Of a stretch of DNA of 32,000 bases, positions 15,959 to 24,225 are shown one piece after another. Below the pieces are notes generated by a model. It saw only the letters and a list, made by a program, of their open reading frames with translations. It did no database searches and was not told the origin of the DNA. Positions within the stretch are counted from its first letter, which is position 1, and the number at the start of each line of letters is the position of its first letter. Made by a program: the position numbers and the translations under genes. This stretch comes from an uncultured archaeon. GTDB lineage: Archaea > Iainarchaeota > Iainarchaeia > Iainarchaeales > DATDZZ01. The DNA lies in contig CAYJVY010000009.1 in assembly GCA_964373795.1 (NCBI GenBank), positions 1-32,000 on the forward strand, in the 5' to 3' direction.

Positions 15959-16306
15959 ATGAATGATTTTGAAAAATATGTAATTGAATTAACTCGAAAA
16001 GGAGCTGTAGATCAAGTAGCGTTTTTAAAAAAATTGGATAGAATGGTTAGGCCAAGCCAGAGAAAAAAGATTCAGCAAAACGATAAAAGTGTTTTAAAAG
16101 AATTAGTTTTTCCTAGTTGGCTTAAATGGGATTTGCTTTATTTATGGGCAATGAATAGAGCTGAAACAGACGGCAAGCAAGCCTGTGTTTTTTGCTCTGA
16201 AGTAACTCAAGGTGGAACAAATTTTAAAGGAAAATTCATTTGCCATGACTGTTATAATGATTTTAAAACAGTTCAAGGACTAGCAAACAACAGAATTGAA
16301 TCCTAA
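15959..16306 (+). CDS. Hypothetical zinc-ribbon protein
   Basis: ATG start. CVFC-x15-CHDC forms a four-Cys knuckle pair near the C-terminus. Confidence 0.55.
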   Translation: MNDFEKYVIELTRKGAVDQVAFLKKLDRMVRPSQRKKIQQNDKSVLKELVFPSWLKWDLLYLWAMNRAETDGKQACVFCSEVTQGGTNFKGKFICHDCYNDFKTVQGLANNRIES

Positions 16307-16309
16307 AAA

Positions 16310-17746
16310 TTAATTGTTTTGTTTTGGTATGAACTCTCCTTTTTCTTTGTTTGCCAAATAATTAAATTCAGATCCTTTAATTGAAATTTTCTTTAAGGCT
16401 TCCACAAGTTTGTCAATGTCTTCAACTGAATTATAAACTCCAATGCTTGCTCTAACTAGTCCAGGCAAGAAAAGCATGTTTCCTTTTTCAATTTCATGAA
16501 AAGCTTTTTTTTCCTGAGAATAACTTAAGCCAATCATTTTTCTAACAATTTCATAAGTGCAAAAACTGCCATTTCTTACTCCTACTCCAAATTCTCTTCC
16601 TAAAATTGCGGCAGTTAACGCGTGATGCATTCCATGAACATTAAAAGGAATTACTCCACCTCTATCTATTTGATTATTTTTAACATCTAGATATAACTCA
16701 ATTCCTTTAATTTTTGAAATTTTTTTCAAAGCATATTCAGTTAAATTTCTTTCATATTCTATAACTTTGTTCATTCCGATTTTATTTAAAATATTAATTG
16801 ATTCAGCTAAAGCAATTGCTCCAACTGCATTAGGAGTTCCAGGTTCATGTTTTTCAGCAAAACTTTGTCTCAAGATTTCTCCTTGAGTTGAAATATACTT
16901 AACTGTTCCGCCTCCATCCATGAAAGGATTTAAAGATTCAAAAAAACTTTTAGGGCCAATTAACACCCCTAACCCGTAAGGAGCATACATTTTGTGTGCA
17001 GAAAAAGCAATGAAATCAACATGTCTTGAATCTTCATGACTAAGTAAATCAATTTTTCTATGTGGCGCGAGTTGAGAAGCATCAACAAAAATTTTTGCTC
17101 CATACTTGTGTGCAAGTTCTGCAAGCAAATAAATATTTGGAATATGTCCATTAACATTTGAAGCTCCAACAACTGCTAAGACCTTGATTTCGCCTAAATT
17201 GCTTTTCAATGCATTTTCTATTTTATTGAAATTAAAAGTTGTATCAGCATTAGTTTTAAACAATATTACTTCATTAAAGTTTTTCCAAGACAAAAAATTA
17301 GCTGAATGCTCTATATCAGATACAAGGACTTTTCCCGGCAACTGAGAAAACAAATAGCTTGCTTGATTAATTGCAGAAGTAGTATTAGAAGAAAAAACAA
17401 TTAAATCTTTTTCTAAGTCAGCTCCAAAATGATTCAAAATTATTTCTCTAGTGGACTCGTATTTTTGCGTAGAGAGCAAAGCTTTTTCTCCAGCTCCTCT
17501 GTGAACAGAGCCATAAGAAACCATAAAGTTTTGAACAGTTTTTTCAACCGCGGCAAAAGGGCTTGTCGTAGCTGCATTATCTAAATTAATATATCTAATT
17601 GTTTTGCCATTTAATAATTTTGTTTTATAATTTGCAGCTTCTTTTCTTAATAATTTACTTAAATTTTTTTTATAAAATTCTGAAAGTTTTTTTCTTAATT
17701 TTTTTTCATTCATAAATACTTTTCTGTAAATCTTTCTATTAATCAT
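16310..17746 (-). CDS. Class V aminotransferase / cysteine desulfurase family protein
   Basis: PLP fold-type I motifs: NLDNAATT, HSANF, DASQLAPH, and SAHKMYAPYGLGVL with the PLP lysine. An alternative start is MNEKK at 17713. Confidence 0.85.
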   Translation of the reverse strand: MINRKIYRKVFMNEKKLRKKLSEFYKKNLSKLLRKEAANYKTKLLNGKTIRYINLDNAATTSPFAAVEKTVQNFMVSYGSVHRGAGEKALLSTQKYESTREIILNHFGADLEKDLIVFSSNTTSAINQASYLFSQLPGKVLVSDIEHSANFLSWKNFNEVILFKTNADTTFNFNKIENALKSNLGEIKVLAVVGASNVNGHIPNIYLLAELAHKYGAKIFVDASQLAPHRKIDLLSHEDSRHVDFIAFSAHKMYAPYGLGVLIGPKSFFESLNPFMDGGGTVKYISTQGEILRQSFAEKHEPGTPNAVGAIALAESINILNKIGMNKVIEYERNLTEYALKKISKIKGIELYLDVKNNQIDRGGVIPFNVHGMHHALTAAILGREFGVGVRNGSFCTYEIVRKMIGLSYSQEKKAFHEIEKGNMLFLPGLVRASIGVYNSVEDIDKLVEALKKISIKGSEFNYLANKEKGEFIPKQNN

Positions 17747-17808
17747 TTGTTATAAAAAAATTTATAACAAAAGCAAGGTTTTTATATTTCATTGTTTAAT
17801 ATTTTTCT

Positions 17809-18546
17809 ATGTTTGATGATGAGTTAATTGAATTAGGTTTAAGCAAAAACGAGGCAAAACTTTATTTAGCTTTATTGAGGTTAGGGCAAACAAGTACAGG
17901 GCCTTTAATTAAATCAAGCGGTTTGTATAGAGTAATTGTTTACGATTCCTTGCAAGGCCTTCTTGAAAAAGGATTAGCAAGTTACTCTGTTAAAAAAAGT
18001 ATTAAGCAGTTCAAAGCAGAGCCGCCACAACAATTACTTGAATTAGTTAAAAATAGGGAATTAGTTGCAAAACGTCTTGTAAAAAAACTTGAAAGCTTGA
18101 GAACAGAAAAGCCTTTAGAAGAAGGTGCTTTTGCTTATGAAGGGTGGAAAGGAATTAAAGCAGCTCAAGAAAATTATTTTGCAGAAATGCTGAAAAAAGA
18201 TAAAGAAGAATATTTAATGGTGGGAGCTTCTCAAGCATTGCATGAAAGACTTGACGCGTATTTTAATTACTTTCATGAACGCAGAAGCAAATTGCATGTT
18301 AAAGCAAAACTATTATTTAATGAAAACAATAAAGAATTTGGTGAACTTAAAAAGAAATTCAAGCCAGTTGAAGTTAGATATATGCCTAAAAAAATTGTTA
18401 CTCCGTCATGGATTTCTACCTTCAAGGATTGTGTTTTGATTGGAAATTCTATTGGCACTCCGATGGCTTTTTTTATTAAAAACAAAGCAATTTCTGAAAG
18501 CTATAAAGCTTATTTTTATTTTATGTGGCAGCAAAGCAAACCCTAA
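17809..18546 (+). CDS. TrmB-family transcriptional regulator
   Basis: LGLSKNEAKLYLALLRLGQTSTGPLIKSSGLYRVIVYDSLQGLLEKGL is the typical TrmB N-terminal wHTH. Confidence 0.8.
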   Translation: MFDDELIELGLSKNEAKLYLALLRLGQTSTGPLIKSSGLYRVIVYDSLQGLLEKGLASYSVKKSIKQFKAEPPQQLLELVKNRELVAKRLVKKLESLRTEKPLEEGAFAYEGWKGIKAAQENYFAEMLKKDKEEYLMVGASQALHERLDAYFNYFHERRSKLHVKAKLLFNENNKEFGELKKKFKPVEVRYMPKKIVTPSWISTFKDCVLIGNSIGTPMAFFIKNKAISESYKAYFYFMWQQSKP

Positions 18547-18588
18547 GCTTTTTTAGCGTGTTTTGAATTGCAAAACACTAAAAAGCTT
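18545..18588. terminator. 44-bp imperfect palindrome (about 18 bp of stem) overlapping the trmB-like stop
   Basis: AAGCTTTTT(T)AG(CG)TGTTTTG-AATTG-CAAAACA-CT-AAAAAGCTT, paired by hand. It could act as a bidirectional terminator or an operator. Confidence 0.45.
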
Positions 18589-18633
18589 GCAAAAATTGCT
18601 AAGTAATAAAAATTTTTCTTTGTAGTTTTGTGT

Positions 18634-19158
18634 ATGATTTACGAGTTTGAAGGAAAAAAACCTAGAATTGCAAAAAATGTTTTCATTGCAGATTCAGCTG
18701 AAGTTCTTGGAGATGTAGATATTGGTGAAAATTCTAGTATTTGGTTTGGAGCAGTTGTAAGAGGAGATCAGAATTTTATTAAAATTGGAAGAAACTCTAA
18801 TGTTCAAGACAATTCAGTTGTGCATGTAAATGAAGATCATTGTGTTGAAATTGGCGATAGGGTAGTTATTGGTCATAAAGCAATTATTCATGGAACCAAA
18901 ATTAAAGGAAATTGCATTATTGGAATGGGTTCAATTTTATTGAATGGATCTGAAGTTGGAGAGAATTGCATTATTGGAGCAGGAGCTGTTATAGTCGAAG
19001 ATCAAAAAATTCCTTCAAATTCAATTGCTGTTGGCATTCCAGCAAAAGTAGTGAAACAAGTTTCAGCAGAGCATTTAAAGCGTATTGAAATAAATTGGCA
19101 AGAATACGTTGAATTAAATTCAAATTATTTGAAATGGCAAAAAACAAGAACAAAATAA
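18634..19158 (+). CDS. Gamma-class carbonic anhydrase-like / hexapeptide-repeat (LbH) protein
   Basis: IADSAEVLGDVDIGENSSIWFGAVVRGD...IGRNSNVQDNSVVH...IGHKAIIHG matches the YrdA/PaaY type. ATG 18634 is preferred over the track TTG 18628. Confidence 0.85.
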   Translation: MIYEFEGKKPRIAKNVFIADSAEVLGDVDIGENSSIWFGAVVRGDQNFIKIGRNSNVQDNSVVHVNEDHCVEIGDRVVIGHKAIIHGTKIKGNCIIGMGSILLNGSEVGENCIIGAGAVIVEDQKIPSNSIAVGIPAKVVKQVSAEHLKRIEINWQEYVELNSNYLKWQKTRTK

Positions 19159-19160
19159 TT

Positions 19161-19721
19161 TTACCTTGGAATTGGTTTTCTAGGCTTTGGTTCAAGAGGC
19201 TTTCTTGAAAGAACTCTGGCTTTTCTGGCTGCAATTCTTTTTGCTTGAATTTTTTTAATTCTTTTTCGAAGTGTTTGAGATGGAGTTGAAACAATTATTT
19301 TACATTCACATAACTTTTTACTTTGATCTTTGAGTATTTCAACTGGGAAACGAATTTCATCTCTTAATCTAGTCATTGCTTTTTGTCCTTCGGCAGTGAA
19401 ATCGCCTTCAATTATTGGCTTACCTTCTTTTTCAGCCATTTCATAAATTTTTAACACCATGTCAACATAATGAGCTTTTTTTGGATCGCGTGACTTAATA
19501 TAGTAAATACTCCATTTTTTTCTATTTACTTTTGTAAATTCAATTCCTGCAACTGGTTTGCCATTCTTGAAGATAATGAAAAAGCTGTCTCCACTTAAAG
19601 GCATGTCTAATTCTTTTGCAGCAGTTGATAATTTGTTTAATATAGCAATTGCTCTAGCGTCTCTGCTGTGAAGTTTTTCAAAGTCATAGTATTTGGTTTC
19701 ATAACGAATATTTTCAGGCAT
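19161..19721 (-). CDS. Hypothetical protein with strongly basic C-terminal tail
   Basis: ATG start. The tail is RKRIKKIQAKRIAARKARVLSRKPLEPKPRKPIPR. Only 2 nt separate it from the convergent gene. Confidence 0.5.
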   Translation of the reverse strand: MPENIRYETKYYDFEKLHSRDARAIAILNKLSTAAKELDMPLSGDSFFIIFKNGKPVAGIEFTKVNRKKWSIYYIKSRDPKKAHYVDMVLKIYEMAEKEGKPIIEGDFTAEGQKAMTRLRDEIRFPVEILKDQSKKLCECKIIVSTPSQTLRKRIKKIQAKRIAARKARVLSRKPLEPKPRKPIPR

Positions 19722-19821
19722 TTTTTCACCAATGCTTTTTCTTTAGAGTCACTAAATATGTTCATATTTAATGAATATTTAAGGCTGCGCTTTTTTTTTG
19801 GTTTTAATTTGGTAAATATTT

Positions 19822-19922
19822 CCTAGTGCCTAAAACGTTGAGCAGCCCGTGGGACTGAAAACTGGTGCCTAAAACCTTAGTCAATTTTCCCTCTAAAAAA
19901 TTCAATTCCTGGTGCCTAAAAG
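19822..19922. repeat. Three direct copies of GTGCCTAAAA(C/G) in an intergenic region
   Basis: Copies lie at 19826-19836, 19865-19875 and 19912-19922, spaced 39 and 47 nt. The extended form is (C/A)CT(A/G)GTGCCTAAAA. Confidence 0.55.
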
Positions 19923-19928
19923 TTTCTT

Positions 19929-20954
19929 TTAATCAGTATATTCTTTTACTTCTAAATTTGGGTTTTTTTGTTTTAAGAATTCAATTGTTAAATCAAAGCA
20001 TTTTTGTAAAACTTGTTCAGTTGAGGAATGTTTTCCAGTAAATCCTGCTGCTCCGGGATGTCCTCCTCCATGTCCTTGAAAGTAGTTTGAAAGTTTTTGC
20101 ATTACATCTCTAGTTAAATTAAATGAAGCTGTTTTAATGAATTCATTTGAAGCCCTTCCTGAAACTCTTATTGTTTCTTCTTCTGAACTACCAGCAAAAG
20201 CCAAGTCAGCTCCTAATTTGATTAAAGAAAAAGCTGAAATGGATTCAAATGCTCCTACATTTGTTAAGCATATAATGAATTCTCCTGCTTTAAATATTTG
20301 AATTCTTTTAGCTGCTTTTAATTGAGCAATTTTTTCACTGAAATCTGTTTTCAATTTAATTATTGAAAGAATATCTGCAATTGAATTGTTTGATTTTTTC
20401 AAAAGTTCAGACATTGTTGAAAGAGTTTCAAAGTTTGCAATGTATAATCCTGCTGAATCAATTAATACCCCGCTTGCAAGCAGTGAAGCAATTTTTTTAT
20501 TCAACTTAATTTTTTGTTCTTTAAATAAATTAACCACTAATTCACATGTTGAAAGAGTTTTTCCTTTTTTTGAAGTCAAAGAATTTGTTGTAATTCTTTC
20601 TTTTGATTTAATATGATGATCAATTAAATAAATTGGTTTTTTTGAATTCTGGAATTCAATTGCTTCTTTTTCTAATGATCCAATTCGATTCAAAGAATTC
20701 AAGTCAACAAAAATTAATCCATCAAATTCTTTAAGGCATGGATTGATTGAATATTTAATTGAAAATTTTTCAGCTAAATTTTTTGCAATTGAATTAATAT
20801 GATCAGGGATTCCAATTAAGGCTTTAAATCCTTTTTTATTTAACAGGAATTGCATTGCAGCTGCAGCTGAAATAGAGTCTATATCTGAGTTTACATGAGT
20901 TAAAATTAATACGCTTTTTCCTTTAAGGGAAGAAAGAAAAGAAGAAAAACTCAT
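19929..20954 (-). CDS. DHH/DHHA1-family phosphoesterase (NrnA/RecJ-like)
   Basis: Motifs THVNSDIDS, FVDLN, DHH (LIDHHIK) and DHHA1 GGGHPGAAGF. Confidence 0.85.
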   Translation of the reverse strand: MSFSSFLSSLKGKSVLILTHVNSDIDSISAAAAMQFLLNKKGFKALIGIPDHINSIAKNLAEKFSIKYSINPCLKEFDGLIFVDLNSLNRIGSLEKEAIEFQNSKKPIYLIDHHIKSKERITTNSLTSKKGKTLSTCELVVNLFKEQKIKLNKKIASLLASGVLIDSAGLYIANFETLSTMSELLKKSNNSIADILSIIKLKTDFSEKIAQLKAAKRIQIFKAGEFIICLTNVGAFESISAFSLIKLGADLAFAGSSEEETIRVSGRASNEFIKTASFNLTRDVMQKLSNYFQGHGGGHPGAAGFTGKHSSTEQVLQKCFDLTIEFLKQKNPNLEVKEYTD

Positions 20955-20966
20955 TAAATCACTTTT

Positions 20967-21329
20967 TTATTCATTTGAAGTTTTTTCTTCACTTTTTTCT
21001 TGATTTTTAGTGGCAGTTTCTATTTTTGATTTTAATGAATTTAATTTTTCTATTAATGCGTCTTCTTGTTTTTGCAAAGTTTTCACTCTTAATTCAAGTG
21101 ACTCGTTTTGTTCTTCTAATTCTTTTTTTACATCATTTGTATCACTTAAAATCAAAATGTTTCCAACAGCTTTATACACCTTTTTTTCCTTTGTTTTTTT
21201 TAATTCATCCAAAGCTTTTTGGATTGTTTGATTTTGGAATTGCATTTGTTGTTTTTGACTTGAAACATTAACTAACTGATCATTGTTTTTTTTAAATTCA
21301 AATAAATCTTGTTGAATTTGTTGATCCAA
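20967..21329 (-). CDS. pfdB: Prefoldin beta subunit
   Basis: Two coiled-coil arms flank the beta-hairpin region (KVYKAVGNILILSD). TTG start lies directly after the Pcc1 stop. The position is typical for the superoperon. Confidence 0.8.
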   Translation of the reverse strand: MDQQIQQDLFEFKKNNDQLVNVSSQKQQMQFQNQTIQKALDELKKTKEKKVYKAVGNILILSDTNDVKKELEEQNESLELRVKTLQKQEDALIEKLNSLKSKIETATKNQEKSEEKTSNE

Positions 21330-21587
21330 TTAATTCCCTCCTTGTGTTATTTTATATAACTTTGTAATAAGCAAAACTAATTTAAAGTAATTATTAAAGG
21401 ATGCTCTTAATGCAGTTGAATCTGATGCATTAATTTTCATAATTAAATCATTTTTATTTACCTCAATTGTGGTTTTAGATCTTTTTTCAAATTCTTTATC
21501 TAATTCCGTATTTAAAACTTTTTTAATTATTTTTGGATTTAAGACTTCATTGAAAAATATTTTTAATGTAAGAGAATAATTATTCAA
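21330..21587 (-). CDS. pcc1: KEOPS subunit Pcc1-like protein
   Basis: At 85 aa, with INASDSTALRASFNNYFKLV matching the Pcc1 A-x-D...LRA...N-x-x-x-x-L signature. TTG start, 8-nt overlap with Brix. Confidence 0.6.
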   Translation of the reverse strand: MNNYSLTLKIFFNEVLNPKIIKKVLNTELDKEFEKRSKTTIEVNKNDLIMKINASDSTALRASFNNYFKLVLLITKLYKITQGGN

Positions 21588-22059
21588 GATTTATTTCCTC
21601 CACTTTAAATTTTGGCCCAATTTCTTTTCTTTTAAAGAAAAAACTTAAAACCTTTTTTTCTTCTTTTAAGCTAAACTCTTCTTCGAATGAGTTTAATTCA
21701 TTGGAAATTAAAAATGAAACTAATTTCAGTATTTTTGGGTTTTGGATTTTTATTTTAACGGAATTAATTTTTTTACTGGATTTGCTTAATTCTTTTCTTG
21801 ATTTTAATGGTTTTACAATAAAATTAAATGAATACTTGAATTTGTTGTTTGAAAGATTTATTCCTTGAATTTTTAATTTATTTTTTTTTTCTTCAATTAC
21901 TAGTACGAGGTTTTTTCCTTTAAACTCTGCCTCTTCAAATATTTTTTTTAAAGCTTTTTTCCCTCTTGAAGAATAACTTGTAAGTGGGAGGCTTTTACTT
22001 AAATCTCTTGCAAATTGCTTTGTCTTAATTGAAGGGTTTCTTGAAGTAGTTACGATCAC
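21580..22059 (-). CDS. Brix-domain (Imp4-like) ribosome biogenesis protein
   Basis: N-terminal (M)IVTTSRNPSIKTKQFARDL is typical of archaeal Brix proteins. GTG start. Confidence 0.75.
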   Translation of the reverse strand: MIVTTSRNPSIKTKQFARDLSKSLPLTSYSSRGKKALKKIFEEAEFKGKNLVLVIEEKKNKLKIQGINLSNNKFKYSFNFIVKPLKSRKELSKSSKKINSVKIKIQNPKILKLVSFLISNELNSFEEEFSLKEEKKVLSFFFKRKEIGPKFKVEEINLE

Positions 22060-22067
22060 TTTATCCC

Positions 22068-22199
22068 TTATTCTGCTTTAATTGTTTTAACAACTGGTTG
22101 TCTTAGTTTGTAGAAAACTTTATTTGCACAATTAGCGCATCTAATTAATGCAGTTGGAGTTTGATTAACTATTTCTCCACATTTAATGCATTTATACAT
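22068..22199 (-). CDS. rpoP: DNA-directed RNA polymerase subunit P (Rpo12)
   Basis: Missing from the ORF track (43 aa). Hand translation gives MYKCIKCGEIVNQTPTALIRCANCANKVFYKLRQPVVKTIKAE, with a CxxC...CxxC zinc ribbon and the RC-x-x-C-x-x-x-V/I-x-x-K-x-R pattern. It overlaps the L37Ae stop by 8 nt. Confidence 0.8.
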   Translation of the reverse strand: MYKCIKCGEIVNQTPTALIRCANCANKVFYKLRQPVVKTIKAE

Positions 22200-22647
22200 C
22201 TTTCATCTCTCCTGCTTCTTCATTTAATTCTGTTTCTTCTTTTACTTCTTTTTCCTCTTTTTGTTTTACTTTTTTCTCTTTCTTTTTTTTCTTTTCAGTT
22301 TTAGCTTGTGTTTCTTCTGTTTTTTCTTCTGGTGTTTCTAAAGCCATTTGAGGTTTGGTACTTGTTAGTTCTCCTAGTGCTGGAAGGAATGATTTTTGTG
22401 TAACCATTTTTCGAATAATGTTTCCAGTCATTGTAATAGGAATATATGCTCCTCCGGCAAACTTTAATTCGCATTTTTTGCAATAGTAAACTCCTTTTGA
22501 TATTCTTTTAACTTTATCAAAACAGCATTCCGGGCAAGAAAATTTTTCTTTTTGTTTTACTTCTACTTTTAATAGTTTTTTTCTTATTCCTACTCCGTAT
22601 CTGCTTCCAAATCTTCCTGTTGTGAAAACTTTTGTTGTATTGCTCAT
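22192..22647 (-). CDS. rpl37ae: Ribosomal protein L37Ae (eL43) with about 60-aa K/E-rich C-terminal extension
   Basis: GRFGSRYGVGIRKKLLKVE...CPEC...YYCKKCELKFAGGAY is canonical. Residues after about 90 are an extra low-complexity tail (TEKKKKKEKKVKQKEEKEVKEE). Confidence 0.9.
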   Translation of the reverse strand: MSNTTKVFTTGRFGSRYGVGIRKKLLKVEVKQKEKFSCPECCFDKVKRISKGVYYCKKCELKFAGGAYIPITMTGNIIRKMVTQKSFLPALGELTSTKPQMALETPEEKTEETQAKTEKKKKKEKKVKQKEEKEVKEETELNEEAGEMKDV

Positions 22648-22701
22648 AAAATCACTTTAATGTATACATTTTTGTAATGCAAAGGTTTAAATTTTTTGTT
22701 T

Positions 22702-23487
22702 TTATTTTAACATTTTTCTTATTTGTTTTGAGGTTTTTATTGCTGTTTCAGTGCATGTTTCTAGTTCTTGTTCTTTAAAGGATCCTGTTCCGCTTTTTTG
22801 GAATGCATTAAGTAAATCTCCTTCTGTTACTGATACATGAAAGTTTGCATTTGAAGCTTTTTCTTCTGCAAGAGTTGGATCTAATAATATTTTGTTTTCA
22901 ATTTTTGCAAAACTTAATAGAATTGGGATTTTGTTTATTTTAAGTTTTTCATTAGTGTATTCTTTTCTTACAATTTTGTCGTCTTCTACTTTTGGAATTT
23001 TTGTATTAAGTAATGCGCTTACTGCTGCAATGCATCCTGCATCAAATAAGTTTCCATCATGGTTTAAAGAGTATAAATCTAGGAATGCTATCCAAACTTT
23101 TTCTCCTTCTTTAAAGCAAAGGGATTTAAAGTCAAGGCAGTTTCCTTCTCTTATTGCTCTGTCTATTACTCTGCTTATTTCAACTGATTCAATGTTTGGG
23201 GGGCCGGAAGAATATTCTGGAGAAGATAAAGGCAATAACTCTATTCCAGTGCTAATGCTTCCTTCGTCTGGAGAATCTGGGTAGGGAACATCTAATTCCA
23301 TTTTTATTCCGCAAATTACGTCTGTTTTTCCTAGTTGAACTCTTGCAGATCCGTCTGCGCTTTCACTTACTTTTTGTTGAATTTTTATTTCTCTTAATTC
23401 GTCTACTTTTCTTCCATCAAGTCTTTTTTCTTCTCTTAACAAGTTTACTACTTTATCTGAATTTAAATACCATAATATTTCGCTCAT
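22702..23487 (-). CDS. rrp42: Exosome complex component Rrp42
   Basis: RNase PH-like protein (RLDGRKVDELREIKIQ, ADGSARVQLGKTDVICGIK). It sits downstream of rrp41. Confidence 0.9.
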   Translation of the reverse strand: MSEILWYLNSDKVVNLLREEKRLDGRKVDELREIKIQQKVSESADGSARVQLGKTDVICGIKMELDVPYPDSPDEGSISTGIELLPLSSPEYSSGPPNIESVEISRVIDRAIREGNCLDFKSLCFKEGEKVWIAFLDLYSLNHDGNLFDAGCIAAVSALLNTKIPKVEDDKIVRKEYTNEKLKINKIPILLSFAKIENKILLDPTLAEEKASNANFHVSVTEGDLLNAFQKSGTGSFKEQELETCTETAIKTSKQIRKMLK

Positions 23488-24222
23488 TTATTCACCTTTT
23501 AAATAATTTTCTTTTAATGCTTCTTTTTGTTTTTCGTAAATTACTTTTGCACTATTTAACCCTAATTTTATTAATTTTTTCCAATCCTCATTTGAAATCA
23601 TTCCATCCATTTGAAGTAATACTATTTCTTCTGAATTTGGAAGGAAACCCATTGCAATGTCAACTGCATCTGGAGCGTCTTCTTCTTCTTTGTTTAAGTC
23701 TACAATTAAGTGTCCGCCTGCTCTTCCAACTGATACAGCTGTAACTAGGTCTCTCATTGGAATTCCTGCATCTGCTAGTGCACAAGAAGCAGCTGTTAAT
23801 GCTGCGACCCTTGTTCCTGCATTTGAGTCAAGTATTTCCACAAATACATCTATTGTTGTGTTTGGATATGTTTCAGTTAAGCAAGCTCTTTGAAGTGCTT
23901 CAGCTGAAACCTTTGAAATTTCTAACTCTCTTCTTGCAGGTTTTGGGTTTTTTCTTTCAGGAACACTGAATGAAGCCATTCTATAAGTGTAATTAATTGT
24001 TGCTTGATATGGGTCTGCTAAGTGTTTTGGCAAGTATTCTCTTGGCCCGTGAACTGCGACAATTACTTTGTTTTGACCCCATTCTAAGTAACAAGATCCG
24101 TCTGCTGAAGGAATTACTCCTACTTTTATTTGAATTTCTCTTAATTCGTCTACCTTTCTTCCATCTAATCTTTTGCCATTTTTTACATATTCATTTTCTT
24201 CTTCTTTTTTCATTTGAATCAT
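23488..24222 (-). CDS. rrp41: Exosome complex exonuclease Rrp41 (RNase PH domain)
   Basis: RLDGRKVDELREIQIKVGV, ADGSCYLEWGQNKVIVAVHGPRE, and DSNAGTRVAALTAASCALADAGIPM. Confidence 0.9.
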   Translation of the reverse strand: MIQMKKEEENEYVKNGKRLDGRKVDELREIQIKVGVIPSADGSCYLEWGQNKVIVAVHGPREYLPKHLADPYQATINYTYRMASFSVPERKNPKPARRELEISKVSAEALQRACLTETYPNTTIDVFVEILDSNAGTRVAALTAASCALADAGIPMRDLVTAVSVGRAGGHLIVDLNKEEEDAPDAVDIAMGFLPNSEEIVLLQMDGMISNEDWKKLIKLGLNSAKVIYEKQKEALKENYLKGE

Positions 24223-24225
24223 TCC

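Noticed and set aside
12271-16306. ORFan block as a definite provirus or plasmid insertion
   Set aside because: No integrase, capsid, terminase or replication hallmark was seen, and no att-like repeats. Codon endings match the host. It is reported only as an unexplained accessory module.
19822-19922. Possible mini-CRISPR array (minus strand reads GTTTTAGGCAC...)
   Set aside because: The repeats are only about 11-16 nt, there are only three copies, and the period is an irregular 39 and 47 nt. No cas genes or leader are present. It is kept as a direct-repeat finding instead.
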